Below are positions 59,083 through 64,000 of a DNA stretch of 64,000 nucleotides, in pieces (within the stretch, counting starts at the first letter, position 1; every line of letters starts with the position of its first letter). This DNA comes from an uncultured Succiniclasticum sp. (lineage in GTDB: Bacteria; Bacillota; Negativicutes; Acidaminococcales; Acidaminococcaceae). Location of the stretch: the NCBI GenBank assembly GCA_902801365.1, contig CADCHY010000001.1:16272-80271 (forward strand). Reading direction: 5' to 3'. A program made the translations under genes and the position numbers. The notes below the pieces were generated by a model. The model was given only the letters and a program-made list of their open reading frames with translations. It had not been told where the DNA came from and made no database searches.

Positions 59083-59172
59083 AATCAACAATCCTTTTGT
59101 TGCATTTTTTATATTTTCAACTGTTCTTTTGTTTTCTTTGTGACAAAGCATAAACAAAAATATGAAACGCGG

Positions 59173-59700
59173 TCATTCACGCTCCATCTTAGTTAATTTT
59201 TCCATCATCATCGTACTGGTAGCTTCCGCCGCGACGGTTCCGTTTGGGTTGGTGATGACGCCTTCCATAATTACCAGCCGTCCTTTGCGTTTTACTTCGT
59301 GCCCTTCGCAACGGATGGTATCACCAATCTTAACCGGCGTACGGAAACGCAGGTCGATGCGGGCCGTATAAGCAGGCACGCCTTCTTTCCGGAACAAGTA
59401 ATTACCCATGATCTCATCCAGCAAAACGGTAATCAGACCGCCGTGCATACGTCCGTCGTAACTCTGGTGTTCCTGTCTGGGCGTAAAAAAGGCCAGCACC
59501 CCGTTAGGAATCCAGAAAAAATGTAAATGCAGCCCAATGGGATTTTGCTCCCCGCAGGCAAAACACATGTCATACTTAATATCTTTCGAAATTTCTTCCA
59601 GCGGCCGGCCGTATTTCTTACCTTCTTCTTCCAGCAGCTTTTTTTCCATTTCGTTCATCTGTAAGTGCTCCATTAAAACCCGGTTCTCTATTTCTCTCAT
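59173..59700 (-). CDS. PaaI-family thioesterase
   Basis: CFACGEQNPIGL, MHGGLITVLLDE, FRTPV. Confidence 0.9.
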   Translation of the reverse strand: MREIENRVLMEHLQMNEMEKKLLEEEGKKYGRPLEEISKDIKYDMCFACGEQNPIGLHLHFFWIPNGVLAFFTPRQEHQSYDGRMHGGLITVLLDEIMGNYLFRKEGVPAYTARIDLRFRTPVKIGDTIRCEGHEVKRKGRLVIMEGVITNPNGTVAAEATSTMMMEKLTKMERE

Positions 59701-59816
59701 ATCAGTTCCCCTCCCAATTTTACCATTGGCTGTATTCTGTTAATAAAACAATTCATGACGTCATTTAGGCTTCACCATTGCGTCATTTAATCTATCTGGG
59801 TTTAAAATTCGTCTTT

Positions 59817-60563
59817 TTAGATATTTCTTTTAAGCCAATTCTTTACCAATTCACCGGTTTCTTTAAAACGCAGATCCAGGTGGTGATTGTCGTCTGCCAT
59901 ATAACACAATTGCTTTTCACCCCCGGCAATTTCGAAATTTTCTTTTGCCTGGTCCGGTGTGACAGTGGTATCATTTTCCCCGTGGATGATTAACAATGGA
60001 CCCTTTTTCCATTTTTTTAAGAGCTCCGCCACATCATAATGGAACAGATCTGTAACAAACGCTGCCGGAATTTCATCGTGTCCCCTCTCATCGTCCAGTA
60101 CAATGGTCTTACCCTGCAACGCTTCCTGAAATGCATCTTCCCCCAGCACCTGAATAAAAGTTTGCTTCAGGCTGTTGGGCGCAGACCACAAGATCATGCC
60201 GTAGGGTCGATACGCGTTCTCACCCCCACAGGCTGTAACAATACACGTAGCCCCACCAAAACTGCGTCCCAGCAGGAATACTTTTTCTGGCCGCAGTGTT
60301 TCGCGGACAAAATCCAAAACGGCTTTCAGTTCCGCAACCTGATTGCTCAGCATGGTGCACCAGCTGAAATTGAAACGGACCACGCTGCAAATATTTTCCC
60401 CGATTTCATCCGCCAATGCGGCAGCCCGTCCGGCACCATCCATCGAACCCCGGAACCCATGGGCCATCACGAGCACATGACGCCGCCCCGACTCTTTCTC
60501 ACACAAATTGATTACGCCACTTAACTTGCCAAACGGTCCGGCAATGGTAAAATCCTGTCTCAT
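59817..60563 (-). CDS. Alpha/beta hydrolase
   Basis: HGFRG, GRSFGG, IHGENDTTV, DNHH. Confidence 0.85.
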   Translation of the reverse strand: MRQDFTIAGPFGKLSGVINLCEKESGRRHVLVMAHGFRGSMDGAGRAAALADEIGENICSVVRFNFSWCTMLSNQVAELKAVLDFVRETLRPEKVFLLGRSFGGATCIVTACGGENAYRPYGMILWSAPNSLKQTFIQVLGEDAFQEALQGKTIVLDDERGHDEIPAAFVTDLFHYDVAELLKKWKKGPLLIIHGENDTTVTPDQAKENFEIAGGEKQLCYMADDNHHLDLRFKETGELVKNWLKRNI

Positions 60564-60575
60564 AAGGCCTCCAAA

Positions 60576-60971
60576 TTAATTCATAATCTTAACGTAAACT
60601 TTCCGATGCCTCGGCCCATCAAACTCGCAGAAATAAATGCCCTGCCAGGTTCCCAGGACAAGCCTGCCGTTCTCTATGATAATCTGTTCCGAAAAACCAA
60701 TCATACTTGATTTCAAATGAGCCGCAGAATTTCCTTCCATATGAAAGTAACCGTCTTCCCAGGGAACGATTTTATTGATTTCTTTCGTAAAATCTTTCAC
60801 TACATCAGGATCTGCATTCTCGTTGATAGTGACCGCAGCAGTCGTGTGCGGGATGAACACGGTGCAGAGTCCTTCTTTCACACCGCTGTCTGTGACAGCT
60901 TTCTGTATCAGCCGGGTGATATCCTGCATCTCTGTATGTTTTTTTGTCGTTATATCCAGTTTGAAAAACAT
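60576..60971 (-). CDS. yjbQ: YjbQ/UPF0047 family protein
   Basis: PHTTAAVTINENADP, EGNSAAHLKS, LGTWQGIYFCEFDGPR. Confidence 0.93.
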   Translation of the reverse strand: MFFKLDITTKKHTEMQDITRLIQKAVTDSGVKEGLCTVFIPHTTAAVTINENADPDVVKDFTKEINKIVPWEDGYFHMEGNSAAHLKSSMIGFSEQIIIENGRLVLGTWQGIYFCEFDGPRHRKVYVKIMN

Positions 60972-61301
60972 AGCGGCCCCTTTCCAGCCTCACATTTCAT
61001 GTACTAAGGTCTAACAAACGAAATCTTTGTATATTTCCTTCGCAATCTGGCATAGTCTTTCTTCGTTTTTCATTATATCGTCCGGATTTGCAGAATTGTC
61101 CTGTTATTTATATTTTACCACATATTTTGATACAATTCTCCCTTTTTCCCTAACGATAATCATATTTATAATATACTAAAATTTATATTTTGAAATCAAT
61201 TATTGAATTTGAATCCAAACTTGTGTTAGAATATTTTAAGGAATTATTTGCCAATTATTATTTTTTATTTGTTTTTATTTTTTATTATAAGTGAGGATTT
61301 T

Positions 61302-62777
61302 ATGAAACTGTCATTACAGATGCAATCTAAATCAAAAAACATTTTAATCACGGATGAGCACGGCGCACGTCTTCCTGTAGTACGTATCACAAAGATCGTT
61401 TTACAGGACTTCAAGAACGTAGAGTTTGGCGAAATAGATTTCAACTGCGGCAAATATTTCGTCCCATACGGCACCCAATCCGACATCCTGGGTCTTTATG
61501 GACAGAACGGCTCCGGCAAAACGGCGTTGATCGAGGCACTGTACATTTTAAAACAGCTGTTGCGGGGCAGCAAGGTACAAAACCTGTTTTCTGAATGTGT
61601 CAACAAGAATGCGGAGTCCGCAAAGCTTTCTTTCCAGTTCGAACTGCAATACGAGGATGGCCGCATACGCAAAGCCATGTATGAGTTCTGTATGAAAGCG
61701 GAAGAGAATGCGGTTGACACAGAATCAGGGCTTGGTGACTCCCCTGATTTCAACACGCTTCCTTTTTCCAGCCAAAGGGTCTGTATCTTTAACGAAGTCC
61801 TCAGTATGTCCGGTCCCTTCCATGGCAGCGACCAGCGCATGAATCCGGTTATTGACACCACAGGCGACGAGCGTCCTTTCGGACCTAAATCACGCCATAA
61901 GTTCATGATTGGCCCGGATAAAAATAACCAGAAGGCCGTGGATCTCGAAGTAAACAAGAGGCTGGCCAGCAAACGTTCCCAGTCTTTCATCTTCATGCCG
62001 GAAACACTGAAGTATTTGAAAGAATGCGCTGATTATTCTGAATATCTGCAGGTGATACTGGAACTGAACTATTACGGGTTAAACTATTTCTTTGTAGTAA
62101 ACACCCGCTCCTCCGGCCTGATCCGTCTGAATCTGGCACTGCTGCTGCACACGCCGGCAGGTTCCTTCCCTATCCAGATGGACCGCCCCACTGCCATGCC
62201 TCAGGATATTTTTAAAGTCGTTGACCAATATATCTCCAAGGTGAATACAGTCATTGAGCAGTTAATCCCCGGCCTGTCCATCGAGCTACGCACCATCGCC
62301 CGGCCTGTCATGAAGGATGGTTCTGTCGGGCAAATGGTGGAAGCGATTGCCCACCGCAAAGGGGTGGTATTGCCTCTGAGAGACGAATCCGACGGGGTCC
62401 GCCGCCTTATCTCCATGCTGAGCCTTTTTACCGCTGCTTATAATGACCCTTCCTTCACTCTTGCCATTGACGAATTTGACGCAGGAATCTTTGAATATAT
62501 CTGGGGTGAAATGCTGGAGATTTTTGCAGATAGAGGCTTAGGCCAGCTAATCTTCACTGCGCACAACCTTCGGCCTTTGGAAGTCATCAACAAAAAGTTT
62601 TTGTTTTTCACCAGCACCGACCCGAAGGACCGTTATGTACAGCTGAAGAGCATTGCCCGCACCAACAACATGCGTAACGTGTACTTCCGCCAGATTGAAC
62701 ACGGTTACGAGGAAAAAGTGTATAATGAAACAAAGCGCGATGCAATTATAAACGCACTGCAGAGTGTGAAAGAATAA
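61302..62777 (+). CDS. Stand-alone ABC-superfamily/AAA ATPase (AAA_21/AbiEii-like)
   Basis: LQDFKN, GQNGSGKT (Walker A), ESDGVRRL (signature), LAIDEFD (Walker B), FTAHN (H-loop); AT-rich upstream region. Confidence 0.85.
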   Translation: MKLSLQMQSKSKNILITDEHGARLPVVRITKIVLQDFKNVEFGEIDFNCGKYFVPYGTQSDILGLYGQNGSGKTALIEALYILKQLLRGSKVQNLFSECVNKNAESAKLSFQFELQYEDGRIRKAMYEFCMKAEENAVDTESGLGDSPDFNTLPFSSQRVCIFNEVLSMSGPFHGSDQRMNPVIDTTGDERPFGPKSRHKFMIGPDKNNQKAVDLEVNKRLASKRSQSFIFMPETLKYLKECADYSEYLQVILELNYYGLNYFFVVNTRSSGLIRLNLALLLHTPAGSFPIQMDRPTAMPQDIFKVVDQYISKVNTVIEQLIPGLSIELRTIARPVMKDGSVGQMVEAIAHRKGVVLPLRDESDGVRRLISMLSLFTAAYNDPSFTLAIDEFDAGIFEYIWGEMLEIFADRGLGQLIFTAHNLRPLEVINKKFLFFTSTDPKDRYVQLKSIARTNNMRNVYFRQIEHGYEEKVYNETKRDAIINALQSVKE

Positions 62778-62862
62778 ATATCAGGCCGCCTTCATAATTT
62801 GTAACGCGGATCTGTAATTCAGAATTCATTTGTTTCCCGGTTTCAGCCGCAAAATAAACAAG

Positions 62863-62903
62863 GCCTTCGCTGTCGGCCATGGCAGCGAAGGCTTTCTGTT
62901 TTT
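62863..62903 (+). terminator. Terminator after the ATPase gene
   Basis: GCCTTCGCTG/CAGCGAAGGC followed by T-rich sequence. Confidence 0.7.
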
Positions 62904-62951
62904 TCCAGACAATCCGTTATTTAGTACCAATACAATTATTGCCGGATCCGG

Positions 62952-63578
62952 TTACTGACCCAGCCAGTCCACCAACACATAGCGTTCCGCATCAGCAGGC
63001 GAACGGGTCACGGTAAACATATAGCGACCGGTAAGTGCCGGAACATCTTCCGGCGCTTCCCTTCTCCATTGTTCAGCCGTGCCGTGCACATTTCCGGTAA
63101 ACCCGGAAGAAGCGGTGTAAACATTGGCCAAGCCTGTCCACACGCCATTCCCGCTTTCGTTCCAATCCGCCACCTGGGCAAAAGTAAAAGCTTCCCCACC
63201 GGCTTTGGGAACAATATACAGATCGTTCGTCAGTGTGTATTGGCGGGACGAAGCAGCCTGGATGCTGCGGCCGAAATATTTATAAATAGCAGCCTCTACC
63301 GCTTCCTTCTTCACGCCCCAGTACCCGTCGTTTACATTCACCAGGTCATACTTACGGTTGATCAGGTTGTGTCTTATACCGAAATTGACAAAAGTATCCA
63401 TGGGAATCTCGTTGTTCACCACAAAACTCCCCACATGCGCTTCCGCAAAATTACTGAAAAAGATGTCCAGCTTGTCCCGTTGCGCAGCATCTAATTCCGC
63501 GCGGTTTGCAGCGCCTGCAGGCAAAGCAAATAAAACCATTAAAAGAACTGTCATAAATAATGTTAAAAGTCTTTTCAT
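62952..63578 (-). CDS. Secreted hypothetical protein
   Basis: Signal peptide ending PAGA-A; RBS AGGGGG. Confidence 0.75.
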   Translation of the reverse strand: MKRLLTLFMTVLLMVLFALPAGAANRAELDAAQRDKLDIFFSNFAEAHVGSFVVNNEIPMDTFVNFGIRHNLINRKYDLVNVNDGYWGVKKEAVEAAIYKYFGRSIQAASSRQYTLTNDLYIVPKAGGEAFTFAQVADWNESGNGVWTGLANVYTASSGFTGNVHGTAEQWRREAPEDVPALTGRYMFTVTRSPADAERYVLVDWLGQ

Positions 63579-63697
63579 GTTAAATCCCCCTTTGTACTTT
63601 TCTTTTACTTCTTTATTTAAAAAGTTTATAGAATAAACCGTTGTATCAAATAACGATGCGAAAATGACTCACATCCAGAAACATAAAGAATCACCGA

Positions 63698-64000
63698 TTA
63701 ATAATAAAACCAAAACAGAATTTCACCCAGCACGACGCTGCAAACGTTCACCAACACGAGAGTCCTGAACAGCTTCTTCCTGTCACCCTGGATGAAATAA
63801 CAGCACAGGCAAAATTCCAGCAGTATCACTGCAAGTTCTCCCAAGACAACAGCCACCCAAAACCAGTCAAAAGGATCCTGCTCCAAAAATTCATTCAGCA
63901 GCAGGTTGCTGATAATATTAACGACAGCAAAGCCTGCCAGTTCTTTTGGTTTGCGGTAACCGCAAAAATAAAATAACGGAACTTCTATCAGCACGGTAAG
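63698..64000 (-). CDS. Hypothetical membrane protein, partial (runs off the right edge)
   Basis: Hydrophobic ORF (LTVLIEVPLFY..VVNIISNLLLN..ELAVILLE) open to the window end. Confidence 0.7.
   Translation of the reverse strand, partial: LTVLIEVPLFYFCGYRKPKELAGFAVVNIISNLLLNEFLEQDPFDWFWVAVVLGELAVILLEFCLCCYFIQGDRKKLFRTLVLVNVCSVVLGEILFWFYY

Noticed and set aside
1-64000. CRISPR array, prophage, rRNA, retron or diversity-generating retroelement
   Set aside because: No regularly spaced repeats, phage structural genes, rRNA or reverse transcriptase were seen in the window.

Overview
Chromosomal window from a diderm (Gram-negative-staining) Firmicute, most likely Negativicutes/Acidaminococcaceae. 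The inference rests on Firmicute-type genes (fapR-plsX-fab cluster, tmcAL, brnQ) lying beside an outer-membrane two-partner secretion pair. Most of the window is housekeeping. From left to right: a giant LktA-family TpsA adhesin (runs off the left edge) with its TpsB transporter; a folate operon (PTPS/QueD-folE2-folP-folK, no folB); trmL; a TctCBA transporter; rnc with the yceD-rpmF-fapR-plsX-fabHDG-acpP-(FabK/FabX-like)-fabF cluster; tmcAL, coaD, rsmD, lemA-TPM; tRNA-Val(CAC), brnQ, tyrS, tRNA-Pro(CGG). A 2.5 kb decayed integrative element follows, bounded by a 45-bp repeat of the tRNA-Pro 3' half and holding a truncated IS3 and an ATPase-nuclease. Next come an accessory block (LRAT-like protein, MaoC pair, hydrolases, nitroreductase), tmRNA, pncB, rubredoxin, smpB-rnr with a 137-nt palindrome between them, and an orphan ABC/AAA ATPase. 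No CRISPR array, rRNA or prophage was seen. I found no single clearly new system. The best leads are the tRNA-Pro islet, the FabX-like Cys-motif flavoprotein in the fab operon, the CExxHGH PTPS standing in for folB, the rnr-smpB palindrome and the two stand-alone ATPases. All family assignments come from motif recognition, not database searches.
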